Part shown: in pieces, positions 39,768-49,688 of the stretch
How positions within the stretch are numbered: position 1 is the stretch's first letter
Layout of the letters: each line of letters opens with the position of its first letter
Source of the DNA: Candidatus Dormiibacterota bacterium
GTDB taxonomy: Bacteria > Chloroflexota > Dormibacteria > Aeolococcales > Aeolococcaceae
Direction of reading: 5' to 3'
Assembly: GCA_963709585.1 (NCBI GenBank)
Contig: CAVPXI010000015.1
Coordinates: forward strand, 64,001-128,000
Length of the DNA stretch: 64,000 nt
Program-made: the position numbers and the translations under genes
The notes under the pieces: generated by a model
What the model was told of the DNA's origin: nothing
The model's input: only the letters and a program-made list of their open reading frames with translations
Databases searched by the model: none

Positions 39768-40523
39768 TTAGAACGGCACGCTGGTGTTCAGGAGTCCCGA
39801 GCCGGGCGCGCGGCCGGACAGGATACGGCAGAATTCGACGGCATCGAGCTCGAGGTCCGGGCCACCGGTCCCCGCGCTGAAGTGATTACCGGCAGGTCCA
39901 GTGAGCGTGAGCGTGAACGACTGGCCGTGTCGACGCGCCCACTCCGCGACAACGTCGGCGACCAGGCGCCCATCGTGATCCTGGGACAGTTCCACCGCGC
40001 GTCCGATGGCCCGGCAGATATCGACGCGGTGAATCCATGGATCCCGCGTCAAGACGATGTCGAAGAGATAGCCAAACGTCCACACGTCCTCGCCGGGGAG
40101 GCCGGAGGGATACGGTGCGGCACGCTGTTCCTCGGTGGTCGAGCTCCGTCCGGCAAGGCCTCGCGGGACCGTGTCGTGCAGCGCCCGCACCAATGCGTCA
40201 GAGGACAGCGACGCGTGCTCACGCACCTGGAGCGCGGTCATCGCGTCGATGCGCTGCGCCCCGGTCTCGTCGGCGATGCCGGTGGCGACCGTGAACTGCC
40301 GCTTCCGTTCCTCGCCATCCGATTGGAGCTCGAGCATGCCGACGAGGTGTCCGAGCATTTCCTTGATGTTCCAGTCTGGACACTCGGTCTGCACCAGCCA
40401 CTGTTGGTCGTGCAGCTCGTCGACGACGGACAGCAACCGCTCCCACTCCACCGTCGCCAGTTGCATCGCCTCGTCGTGACCGATTGCGGGAACCAGGTCC
40501 ACCGCGGTGGTTCGAGCGATCAT
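39768..40523 (-). CDS. Maleylpyruvate isomerase / DinB-like thiol-dependent enzyme (TIGR03083-like)
   Basis: TECPDWNIKEMLGHL, RDPWIHRVDI, LTLTGPAG. Confidence 0.85.
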   Translation of the reverse strand: MIARTTAVDLVPAIGHDEAMQLATVEWERLLSVVDELHDQQWLVQTECPDWNIKEMLGHLVGMLELQSDGEERKRQFTVATGIADETGAQRIDAMTALQVREHASLSSDALVRALHDTVPRGLAGRSSTTEEQRAAPYPSGLPGEDVWTFGYLFDIVLTRDPWIHRVDICRAIGRAVELSQDHDGRLVADVVAEWARRHGQSFTLTLTGPAGNHFSAGTGGPDLELDAVEFCRILSGRAPGSGLLNTSVPF

Positions 40524-41128
40524 TGTTTCCCCCTCTTCTTGGTCGGTGCGTAGTGCGCGAGGTACATGTCTGTGGCCTCGTCGGCCAGGCGTACCCAGCG
40601 GTCACCACCCGGCTGGTTGGAGGTCTGCTGCGCCGTCAGACCCGCGATGATGGCCGTCCACATATCGACGGCCCGCGGGTCGCTGATGCCACAGGCGCGT
40701 AGCGCCTCGGCGGCGCTTTCGAGGACATCCATCGCCGGCGCGTAGGCTTCCGGGCTCGGCTCGAATCCAGGGATCGTCCGCTGGAACAGCAACTGATATC
40801 TCGCCGGGTCTTCTACGCAGAACGTGATGAACATCCGGGTGCGTCCGCGCAGCGCTTCGATCGGATCACGCGTTGCCGTGAGGCCGTTCACCCGGCGCAG
40901 CAACTCGCGATTTGACTCGGCGAACATGGCATCGTAGATGGCGAACTTGGACGGGAAGTATCCGTAAAGGGACTGCGCGCGCATGCCGACCCGGGCGCCG
41001 AGGTCGCGCATCGCGAGGGCGCCCAGCCCATTGGCTCGGACCAGATCCCACGCCGCGTCAAGGATTTCTCTCCGGGTCGCCGCATAACGCTCCGCGCGGC
41101 GGTCTCTGAGTGCGGGTATGGCTGACAT
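40520..41128 (-). CDS. TetR family regulator
   Basis: REILDAAWDL..MRDLGARVGMRAQSLYGYF; PARYQLLFQRTIPGF. Confidence 0.93.
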   Translation of the reverse strand: MSAIPALRDRRAERYAATRREILDAAWDLVRANGLGALAMRDLGARVGMRAQSLYGYFPSKFAIYDAMFAESNRELLRRVNGLTATRDPIEALRGRTRMFITFCVEDPARYQLLFQRTIPGFEPSPEAYAPAMDVLESAAEALRACGISDPRAVDMWTAIIAGLTAQQTSNQPGGDRWVRLADEATDMYLAHYAPTKKRGKQ

Positions 41129-41165
41129 TATCAGTTATCCTGAACTTTGTCAGTTTGAAAGTCAA
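41122..41165 (-). promoter_or_regulatory. Probable TetR promoter/operator region
   Basis: Inverted repeats CTGA-N5-TCAG (41122-41134) and CTGA-N6-TCAG (41140-41153); TTGACT-17-CAGGAT on the minus strand. Confidence 0.5.
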
Positions 41166-41235
41166 GTCCGAGGCGGCGCGCGCCTTGCGATCACCTCGAT
41201 CCGAGCCGTACGCTCCTCGGCTCCCACTCGGTGCA

Positions 41236-41973
41236 ATGACCTCCTTCGTCACCGACATCCGTCAAACGCTCATCCCGGGTCGCGATTCCAGGGACGGTCC
41301 GTTGCCGCCACTGCTGGTGGCGATGACGCTCGTCACCGGCCTTGTCGACGCGTTCAGCTATCTCATACTCGGGCACGTCTTCGTTGCCAACATGACCGGC
41401 AACGTCGTGCTCCTCGGCTTTGCGTTGGTCGGCGCGCCTGGCTTCTCCATCGCCGCTTCGCTGGCAGCGATCGCGTCATTCGCGCTCGGCGCTCTGATCG
41501 GCGGGAAGGTCGGATCGCGTCTCGCCCAGAACCGCGGTCATCTCTTCGGCACGGCCGCGTCGATTCAAGCCGTCTTCATCGCGTCGGCGGTCGTGCTCGC
41601 CGCCATCAGCGGCAATTCGATACCACCGGGGTACCGATACTCTCTGATCGTGCTCCTGGCCATCGCCATGGGAATCCAGAACGCCGGCGCGCGCAAGCTC
41701 GCCGTGCCCGACCTGACCACGACGGTTCTTACCATGACCATCACTGGCATCGCCGCGGACAGCAGCCTCGCGGGTGGTCAGGGAGCGAAGGGCGGGCGCC
41801 GTCTGATCGCGGTGGCCGCGATGCTGGTGGGAGCTGTCATCGGAGCCGCGCTCGTCCTCAACGGAGGCATCGTCTATCCACTGGTCATCGCTCTGCTCGT
41901 GACCACCGTCGCCGCAACGACAAGTCAGATGCTGGCAAGGTCGAGCGCACGCTGGCTCCGCTCCGAACATTGA
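41236..41973 (+). CDS. YoaK/DUF1275 family membrane protein
   Basis: TGLVDAFSYL.LGHVFVANMTGNVV, AMGIQN, DLTTTVLT. Confidence 0.92.
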   Translation: MTSFVTDIRQTLIPGRDSRDGPLPPLLVAMTLVTGLVDAFSYLILGHVFVANMTGNVVLLGFALVGAPGFSIAASLAAIASFALGALIGGKVGSRLAQNRGHLFGTAASIQAVFIASAVVLAAISGNSIPPGYRYSLIVLLAIAMGIQNAGARKLAVPDLTTTVLTMTITGIAADSSLAGGQGAKGGRRLIAVAAMLVGAVIGAALVLNGGIVYPLVIALLVTTVAATTSQMLARSSARWLRSEH

Positions 41974-42096
41974 CGCCCCATGGGCGTCGCCTCGCCGTCG
42001 TCGGTGACGGTCGAGCCGACTGGCTAGCGGGTAGGCGGTCTTGGCAGAATCACGGCACGCAGAGAGGCCGCTATCGCGGCCGGCGCACCCGGGAGT

Positions 42097-42423
42097 ATGA
42101 GCGTGAGCAAGTACATGATCGAGGCTTCCTACACAGTCGACGGCGTTACAGGCGTCCTCAAGGAAGGTGGATCCGGACGCCGTGCCGCGATCGAGCAACT
42201 GATCACCGCCGCGGGCGGGACCGTCGAGTCGTTCTACTTCGTGTTCGGAGAGGACGACGTGATCGTGATCGTCGACCTACCCGACAACGCGACCATGGCG
42301 GCCGTGAGTTTTTCGGTCAGCGCGGCGGGCGGCGCAACGAGCTCCGTGCGTGTCCTTCTGACGCCCGAAGAGATCGACGCCGCAGCCGGGAAGACCATCC
42401 AATACCGAGCACCTGGTCGCTAA
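42097..42423 (+). CDS. GYD domain protein
   Basis: YMIEASYT..AGGTVESFYFVFGEDDVIVIVDLPD..LLTPEEID. Confidence 0.88.
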   Translation: MSVSKYMIEASYTVDGVTGVLKEGGSGRRAAIEQLITAAGGTVESFYFVFGEDDVIVIVDLPDNATMAAVSFSVSAAGGATSSVRVLLTPEEIDAAAGKTIQYRAPGR

Positions 42424-42458
42424 CAGCAGCGGGCAGGTCAAGTCGAGCGATAACCCCG

Positions 42459-43460
42459 TCACGCCGCCCTGGACCGGCCACGATGCGCAGCCCCTCTCGC
42501 GGCAGCTCGTCGCTCCAGCCGGCGACGGTGCCTCGCGCGCAGCCTCCACCCTCCAAGTAAAGCCAGCGCCCCGCACACAACAACAATGACCCAGGGGCTG
42601 ATCACCAGCACGGTCTTGGTGCGCAGAACCTGTAGCGTGCCGGTCCCGGTCCGATCAGGAAAGCTGACGGTACCCGCCATGGTGACCAGGTCGATTGGAA
42701 ACGCGGGTTGGGCAGCGACCGCGAACCAACGTGACCTTCCAATCGGGAGAAGCGACCGACTGATTCGCTGCTGGAATGGCGATCCACTGATCGGGGCGGA
42801 GGTCGCATCGTTCTCGCCAAAGAACAGCACCGACGACGCGCCGATGTTGCGCACCGTGAGTTTGCCATCGACTTGATCGCCTACCACGAGCGCGTCGAGG
42901 TGGATGGGCCCCCAGTTGAAACCGGTGGTGGTCAGTTCCGCCGAGAGCGCCCTGACGCGAGGCCCTGGAACATCGATCGTCAAGAATGCACCGATCTGAT
43001 TGATGACCACAACCTCGCCGCTCACGGTGGGTATCGGGCTGACCAGAAAGCCGATGTAATACAGATCAGGATCGATCTGCGTGGGCATGTGAACAACGAC
43101 AGACAGGTCGACAAAGTGTTGCGCGGGTATGGTGATGTCTCCCGGCGGGAACGTCGTGTGCCTCGCCCACAGCGGGTCGGGCCTACCGCTGAAGGCGGTC
43201 GTTCCATTGTCACCCAGTGTGATCCCCTCACTCCGCACCGTGACGGTGACCGGCGACGCACCCGGATTCACGACGCGTATTGGAATCGCCGCGGTCTCCC
43301 CGGGGGTCAGCGTCAGTGGATCCGGGGGAACCGAAACCGCAATCGAGCGGAGGCCGGACGGGCCCGGGGTTGGCGAAGACCCAGCAGAGACGCCGAGTGG
43401 TACGGCGACGATGCCCGCCGCGATCGCAATGATGCCCGCCAGCCACCCCCTCCCACACCT
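42459..43460 (-). CDS. Secreted Ig-like protein with C-terminal TM anchor (DUF916/DUF3324-like); start uncertain
   Basis: Signal-like WLAGIIAIAAGIVAVPLG; LTLTPGETAAIPIRVVNPG; LTVRNIG; PWVIVVVCGALALLGGW plus basic tail; the only upstream in-frame ATG is separated by a TAG at 43473. Confidence 0.7.
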   Translation of the reverse strand, partial: RCGRGWLAGIIAIAAGIVAVPLGVSAGSSPTPGPSGLRSIAVSVPPDPLTLTPGETAAIPIRVVNPGASPVTVTVRSEGITLGDNGTTAFSGRPDPLWARHTTFPPGDITIPAQHFVDLSVVVHMPTQIDPDLYYIGFLVSPIPTVSGEVVVINQIGAFLTIDVPGPRVRALSAELTTTGFNWGPIHLDALVVGDQVDGKLTVRNIGASSVLFFGENDATSAPISGSPFQQRISRSLLPIGRSRWFAVAAQPAFPIDLVTMAGTVSFPDRTGTGTLQVLRTKTVLVISPWVIVVVCGALALLGGWRLRARHRRRLERRAAARGAAHRGRSRAA

Positions 43461-43483
43461 GCGGCTCGTGTGCTACCCCACCA

Positions 43484-44515
43484 TCACGAGTAGTTGGGCG
43501 TGGCTGTGTAGGTGATGGTGTCTGTATACGTTCCAGATGCCGTCGCGTAATCGATCGCGGTCTGGTCGATGATTGCGCACGTGTTCGCAGTTGCGCCAGT
43601 GGCCGTTGTGCTCGATGCAACCACGTCCCCGGCATTCCGATACCCGGCGTACTTCGTTCCGCCTGCGAAAGCCGCGTTGACCGAGAAACCGGCGTCGCCG
43701 ACCCCCGTGCCGGTCACCGTATAACCAGTCACATCGGCAGGCGCCGCCGGCCACGCAACCGCAGTCGCCATGGATGCTGAAACCTGCGGGATCGATGGGT
43801 TTCCGGCCGATGAACTCTGTAGACCCGCCGCATTGTCGGACACCGTCAGCGTATACCCAGAGTTCGCATTGGTCAGGATCGTGATATTGCTGGTGTAGCT
43901 CTGGTCGGCCAGCGCCGGAAGACTCGGATCCATGGCCAGCTGGAAGGCTGTCGTGTCCAGAGTGAAGGTGAGGCTCTTGGCAACAACGATGGTCTTCGCG
44001 GTGTTGCTTGCGGCAAAGACCACGGCGGGCGTCGTCCCGCTGTCGATGACCGCTGGCGCCGCGGTGTTGGTCGCTATCGCGGTCGTGTAGCTGCCGGCGG
44101 CCGGGTTGGTCAGCCCCGAGAGCTCGATGAAGATCGGAATGCCCAGAGAGACGCTCGCCGCAGCGGTCACGGTATAGGTGATGACCTGTCCAACCCTCGC
44201 GACAGATCCGGCGCCGATGCCGTACGCCGTGACGATGACGGGCGCACCGCCCAGTCCCGCGCCCGACACGGTGAAGGTAACCGTCTTGATGATCCCGGTG
44301 GTCGCGGTCTTGAACGAATAGGCGTAGTTGGTCGGCGTCGCTGCAGCCTGGTTGTTCGACACCGCCCAGCTCAGGTTTGTCAGCCCCGCAGCCAACACGG
44401 ACTGGGTCGTGACCACCGCCAGTCCAACCGTGAGCATGAACGCCATCAGCAGGGAGAGCGCCCGCCCTTGGGCGCGGTGCGACTGCTGTCTTGCGACTTG
44501 TGACCTGGGTCCCAT
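43484..44515 (-). CDS. Secreted Thr/Ala-rich beta-sandwich surface protein with WxL-like C-terminal domain
   Basis: Signal peptide ending VLA-A; TNANSGYTLTV; terminal GTYTDTITYTATPNY. Confidence 0.75.
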   Translation of the reverse strand: MGPRSQVARQQSHRAQGRALSLLMAFMLTVGLAVVTTQSVLAAGLTNLSWAVSNNQAAATPTNYAYSFKTATTGIIKTVTFTVSGAGLGGAPVIVTAYGIGAGSVARVGQVITYTVTAAASVSLGIPIFIELSGLTNPAAGSYTTAIATNTAAPAVIDSGTTPAVVFAASNTAKTIVVAKSLTFTLDTTAFQLAMDPSLPALADQSYTSNITILTNANSGYTLTVSDNAAGLQSSSAGNPSIPQVSASMATAVAWPAAPADVTGYTVTGTGVGDAGFSVNAAFAGGTKYAGYRNAGDVVASSTTATGATANTCAIIDQTAIDYATASGTYTDTITYTATPNYS

Positions 44516-44642
44516 TTCTGGCGGAATATTGAAAGTGGGAGCCGGCGCAGAGCGGCGTGGCTGCTAGACCGTTACTCCCTCGTCATTGTCAATACGGCAC
44601 CGTCGCGTACCGACGCATAGTCGGAGAAGCTCGTGTGTGCAA

Positions 44643-44669
44643 GGGGCGAGGCGCCGCGCGCCCCGCCCC
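44643..44669 (-). terminator. GC-rich hairpin, probable terminator
   Basis: GGGGCGGGGCGC-GCG-GCGCCTCGCCCC on the minus strand just after the stop at 44686. Confidence 0.55.
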
Positions 44670-44685
44670 AGCGCATCCATGCGGG

Positions 44686-46508
44686 TTAGCTGGCGTTCAC
44701 CGCGCCGATCCATGTCCCCCAGTTGCGCCCGAACGCCGGTGCTGTGGTGGGATCGGTATTCGAGTTCGCGTATTCGCCCGCGAACCAGATGTGTCCAGCG
44801 CCATCGAATGAGGTGGCCTCGAAATCTCCCCAGCGGCACACGGTTGGTGGCGTGCCCGTCCCACAGATGGTTGGGCGATACGACGCCTCACCGGCCTTGA
44901 GCAGGTTTCCAGGGCTCGTGAAGTTCGCCTGCCCCGCCGTCCTGGAGGTGTAGCGCGCCTCCGGGAAAATCGTGTGGCCCATGCGCTCATACAGCATCAC
45001 AACGTTGCCCTGGGAATCGGGCATCAGCGCCCCAAAGCTTGCAGCCGTGTCGCCACCAAAGCCGAAGTACCCGGTGGTTGTCGAAGGGTTGCGACCACGT
45101 AGGTGGATCTGGCTCCATTCGATGGTCGGCACGACCTGCGTACCGTTGTTGAGCCCGGTCTCAAAGGCGGCGTAGATCGTGTCGTTGCGCAGCACGGGAG
45201 TTGCTGTGATCCGTAGGTCCAGGGCATCAACGCACTGGTTGCAGCTCGGCTCGTCCGCCGGCGGTGAGAAGAAGAACGGGAGTGTGTTGGGCAGGTAGGT
45301 GCCGGTGAACGTCGGGCAGGCCCTCCACGGTCGTGGGCGATTGGATTACTCATGCGCCACAGGATCAAGCCCTTGCAGGCGTCGGAGGCACTGCTGCAGA
45401 AGTTGCCATTGAGCAGGTCGGGTCCGTCGACGGTATCGACGAAGAGAGCGTCCCTACCGCCGCTGCTGTCAATCGACATCACCGGCTCCAGTGTGTCGGC
45501 GAGGAACGGACCGGTCGCACTCGTTATGCCCGGACCGCTCCCCTGGATGTTCCTGAATCCGTCAGCCGTGAAATTCGCGGTCCCGGCTTCCATCTGGCCC
45601 TTATTGGCCTCGAGGGCTTCGGCGTAGAAACCCCCCGCATTGCCGAACATATTCGCGGAGAACATGAACGCGTTACCGCTGAAGCCCACCTGCGTGTAGT
45701 CGGCCGCGAAGTTCGCTCCATCAGCCATGTCGAACTCATAAACGTTCCACGAACCGCGTGGGTCGCTGGTCTGGCTGACGGCGATGAAATACACCGACTT
45801 GAACGGGCAGTCGGGCGCGATTCCAAGGCCTCCCTCAACCTGCAGCATGGCGGCCCAGAAGCGGCCCGTCGAGGGGTCGTACAGGGCGCGCGGATCGCTC
45901 AGGAACGGTTGACTGTTGTGCGCGGTGTCGCACGGCGAAGCCCCATTGGTCACGTTTGGCACGTTGAAAAAGCGCTGCGCGGAGACCGGCCAGCCAGCTT
46001 GTACCACCCCGGTCGTGCTGAACACCTCAAACTGGGTATTGACGCCCTGGAGCACGAAGGCGGGCGATGCTCCGAGGCCCATATCGGGAGGGTTGCAGCC
46101 CTGCGCAAAGTACGAACATGTCACGCTCGAACCCTGCTGGCCGATGAAACTCGAGCTCGCCGGCGGTGTGCTGCTGCTCACGCTGGCGGTGACCAGATTC
46201 GCGCCGCGCGTGACGCCTCCGCTCGTGGCGAGCCGGGCCGAGGTGCGGTGCTTGGGCAGGAGCATCGGCAGCGTGTCTCGACTTGCGCCGAATTGGGCCA
46301 CTCGCGCCGAGGAGGCCGCCCTTTCCGCCGGCGTGACCTTGTAATGGGCGACTAGGGGCGCCACCATCGGCGACGACGTGAACGTCACCGCCGACGGACC
46401 CCCGCTCGCGTGGACAAGCCGCGGACCGACTCCAGAGCTGCCGAGTACCCCCACGACGGTGGCCGTCGCGACGGTCGCGATCGCGATCCGCCTTTTCCTG
46501 TTGGTCAT
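44686..46508 (-). CDS. Secreted Cys-rich hypothetical protein, beta-propeller-like (frameshift ~45315)
   Basis: Signal MTNRKRRIAIATVA..; PPDMGLGA, SDPRALYD, AVSQTSDPRGSW, ADYTQVG, RWGDF, WFAGEY, WGTWIG. Confidence 0.75.
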
Positions 46509-47232
46509 GTGCCTGTCCTCCGTACCCTCGACGACGACGACGGCTGCGGCACGTTCGTGCCTGCGGCCGGGCGTGATCCTACGCCCCGCTGAGACCGCCT
46601 GTCCATTCGCGCTGACCGACGAGGACAGTCGCAGCTCCGCACCCTGCATGAGCCCAAGGACTGATCTCCGTGCAGCGGGATTGCGCGTTCGGGCAGCATG
46701 GTGCAGAGTTGCAATTCGCAACTCAGATCCGTCGTGCACCAAGCCTTGGACCGCCTCGATCAGCTACCTGCCGAAGCGATGATCCGAGTGGGATGGACGG
46801 CCGGGTCGGGATCAGAAGACGGTCTAAAGGCCCGCCCCGAAGCAGCCTTTGATAGGACGCTATCGCCGCGGGAGTCGAGAAGCCATTGGCGGTATGTGTC
46901 AAATCTGTCAGTTTCAGCGTGTACGTGGCGCCGAACGCGTCACCCACTCCACGATCTTGTCGCCGCGTATCAATGAGGTGCTTATCTCCATCGTCGCGGG
47001 GCGGGATACATCTAGTAACCAATTGAAGTAGGTGGGAGTGTTCTTGGAAGTCCGCCAATGGTGCTGGCCTGCTCTACCGATCCGGCGGCGCTTGACCGGA
47101 TCTGGCGAATCGCTTGACCACCGCTACGCGCAAGCCTAGGATTGCGTTCGACCGTCAGGACAAGGGGTTCACTGGCGAGCACCAGAGGTGCCGCACATGC
47201 AGACAAGCGACGCTGGTCGCGATGGCATCGAC

Positions 47233-49407
47233 ATGAGATGGCGTCATGGCGGCCTGCGGAAAGCAGCCCCGATCGTGTTCGGCACGGCCCTGCTGCTCGT
47301 GTCCGCGATGTGAGCTCCGCGAGGCTTTGAGCAGGCGTATGCCGCGTTCGGCGTGAACACGTCATTCGGCGCGGCCAACACGTCCTCTGGCATCACGTTG
47401 TCGGCCAAGCCGACCGCCGCCACCGGTACCGGCGACCTCCTCGTCGCGAGCATTCAGGTCCGCAACGCGACCAAACTGGCCATAGTCACCGGCATCAATG
47501 ACTCGGCCGCGAACGTGTGGGTCAGGGCGGCGCATATCACCAGCAGCCTCGACGACGCCGAGATCTGGTACGCCGCCCACGCGACCGGCCTCACCTCCAC
47601 CGAGTCGGTAACAGTGACCGTCAGCGCCGCGTCGGCGATCGCGATGACAGTGCTCGATATCGGCGGTGCGTCAGCAACCACCCTCGACGTGACCGCAACC
47701 GCGGCCGGGAGGAGCACGACACCGTCGACCGGTACCACGTCGACGACCGGGCAACCCAGCGAGATCGCCATCGCGGAGGTCGGCTGGAACACCAAGATCA
47801 CGCCCAGCGCTCAGACCGCCGGATACACCGTGACCGCCGCCGAACAGTCCACGGTCAGCAGCGACGCGACCGGCGAGCAGGCGGCGTGGAAACTGCTCAC
47901 GACGATCGGCGTGCAGCACTACACGGCGAAACTCCCGTCGACCGTGCTTTGGACCGGGGCGATCGTGACGTTCCGCCTGACGGCACCGCCGCCACCCACG
48001 CCGACGCCGACCGCAACGCCCACCGGCACACCGACAACGAGTTCGTCGTCCACGCCGACGATCAGCCCGTCGCCGTCGCCGTCGCCGTCGCCATCGCCGT
48101 CGCCGTCACCCTCACCGTCTCCTGGCAACACGCCGATCAAACACATCGTGCTCTTCTACCAGGAGAACCACAGTTTCGACAACGTGCTCGGGGCGCTCTG
48201 CGCCGCCAATACACGAGCAACGCCATGTGACGGGACCACAACCGGGACACTCCCCAGTGGAGCGACAATCGCGCTCAGCGATGCCCCTGACCTGGTCCCT
48301 GACATGGATCACAGTACTCAAGGTCAGATCACGGCCATCGCTGCCGGCAAGATGAATGGATTCGCCAACATCAGCGGCTGCAACGCACCCGCATATGCCT
48401 GCTACAGCGAGTATCAACCCAGTCAGATTCCCAACGCCTCAGCGCTCGCCACGAGCTTCACCGTCTCCGACCGAACCTTCGAGCTGTCGCCGGTGCCGAG
48501 TTGGGGAGCCCATCTGGAATTGGTCGCGCAGACCCTCGACGGCTTCCTGGGCAACAATCCCTTCTACAACACGAGCGCCTCGCCCCCGCCCATGGGCAAT
48601 GGTTGGGGATGCGACTCCAACAATGACGAGTACTGGACCGCTCCGGGTGCGACAACGCGCTCGCTGGTCCCCTCATGCGTTCCGGATCCGTCGCTCAATC
48701 CGGTGGCATACCCGAACGGCGGCGCGTACCGGCCGACCCCGGTGCAGCACGTTGACACGATCATGGACCGGCTCGACGCAGCGGGCTTGTCCTGGAAGCT
48801 TTACACCAGCGACTACGACTGGGCGATCTGTCCGACGTTTGCCGACTGCCTGGACACCAGCCAGAAACTGAACATGGTGGCGCCGAGCCAGTTCACCACA
48901 GACGCGCAGAACGGCACCCTCCCGAGCTTCTCGATTCTGCTCGCCCAGGGTGGCAATAGTGGTGCGACGTCGCAGCACAACGGCACCTCGATGGCCGTCG
49001 GCGACAATTGGATCGGGGCGGCAGTGAGTGCGGTGGAGCATGGCCCGGATTGGTCGTCGACGGCGATCTTCATCACCTGGGACGACTGCGGATGCTTCTA
49101 CGACCACGTCTCCCCGCCCATCTCGACCGAGGGCATCCGGGTGCCGATGATCATCGTCAGCCCCTACGCCAAGCCCGGATTCACCGACTCAACGAATGCC
49201 AGCTTCGCCTCTCTGCTCGCGTATACCGAGGCGACGTTCGGGCTGACCCCGCTCGGCGCCAACGATGCCACGGCGTATGACTACAGCAACGCCTTCAACT
49301 ACCAGCAGACCCCACTCGGTCCGGTGCCGATGACGCAGCAAACGATCGCACCAGCTGAACTGCAGTATATAGCCGCGCATCCGCCCAACCCGAACGATCC
49401 GACCTAA
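47233..49407 (+). CDS. Secreted phospholipase C / phosphoesterase with N-terminal beta-sandwich and Pro/Thr/Ser linker (in-frame TGA at 47311)
   Basis: IKHIVLFYQENHSFDN, IFITWDDCGCFYDHV, GIRVPMIIVSPYAKPG; signal peptide in frame upstream of the TGA. Confidence 0.85.
47985..48123 (+). repeat. Coding low-complexity repeat (CCGACG/CCGTCG units) encoding a PT/PS linker
   Basis: PPPPTPTPTATPT..SPSPSPSPSPSPSPSPSPSP. Confidence 0.85.
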
Positions 49408-49688
49408 ACCGTCGGGTGGTGGGGAGCTCGGCAGGCTTCCGCGTCGGGGCTGCTCGAGGCAGAAGCGAGACCGCACGTCGGTTACGGCATCTTGACGGAA
49501 CGGCGGCGGGCGGCCGCAATCAGCAGATCGCCCGCGAGCAGCATTGCAGCGCCAAGAATCAGGGGTCCGGACAGCTCGGCGCTGGTGCCGTCGGAAGCTG
49601 CTGCGTTGGCGTGACACGAACGCGATAGGGCGTATTCGGACCGACCCTCATGATTCGCGGGTGTGCGCGTCCAGCGGCGTCAAGGACC

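Noticed and set aside
46810-46860. Possible c-di-GMP-I riboswitch (GGTCTAAAGG segment)
   Set aside because: It lacks the GGCAAACC/GAAA/GACGCAAA core elements.
47311-47313. Selenocysteine or alternative genetic code
   Set aside because: The position lies in a signal peptide, not a redox site, and TGA is used as a normal stop throughout the window.
47985-48123. Tandem hexamer repeats as CRISPR or a contingency locus
   Set aside because: In-frame 6-bp units encoding a Pro/Ser/Thr linker; no spacers and no cas genes.
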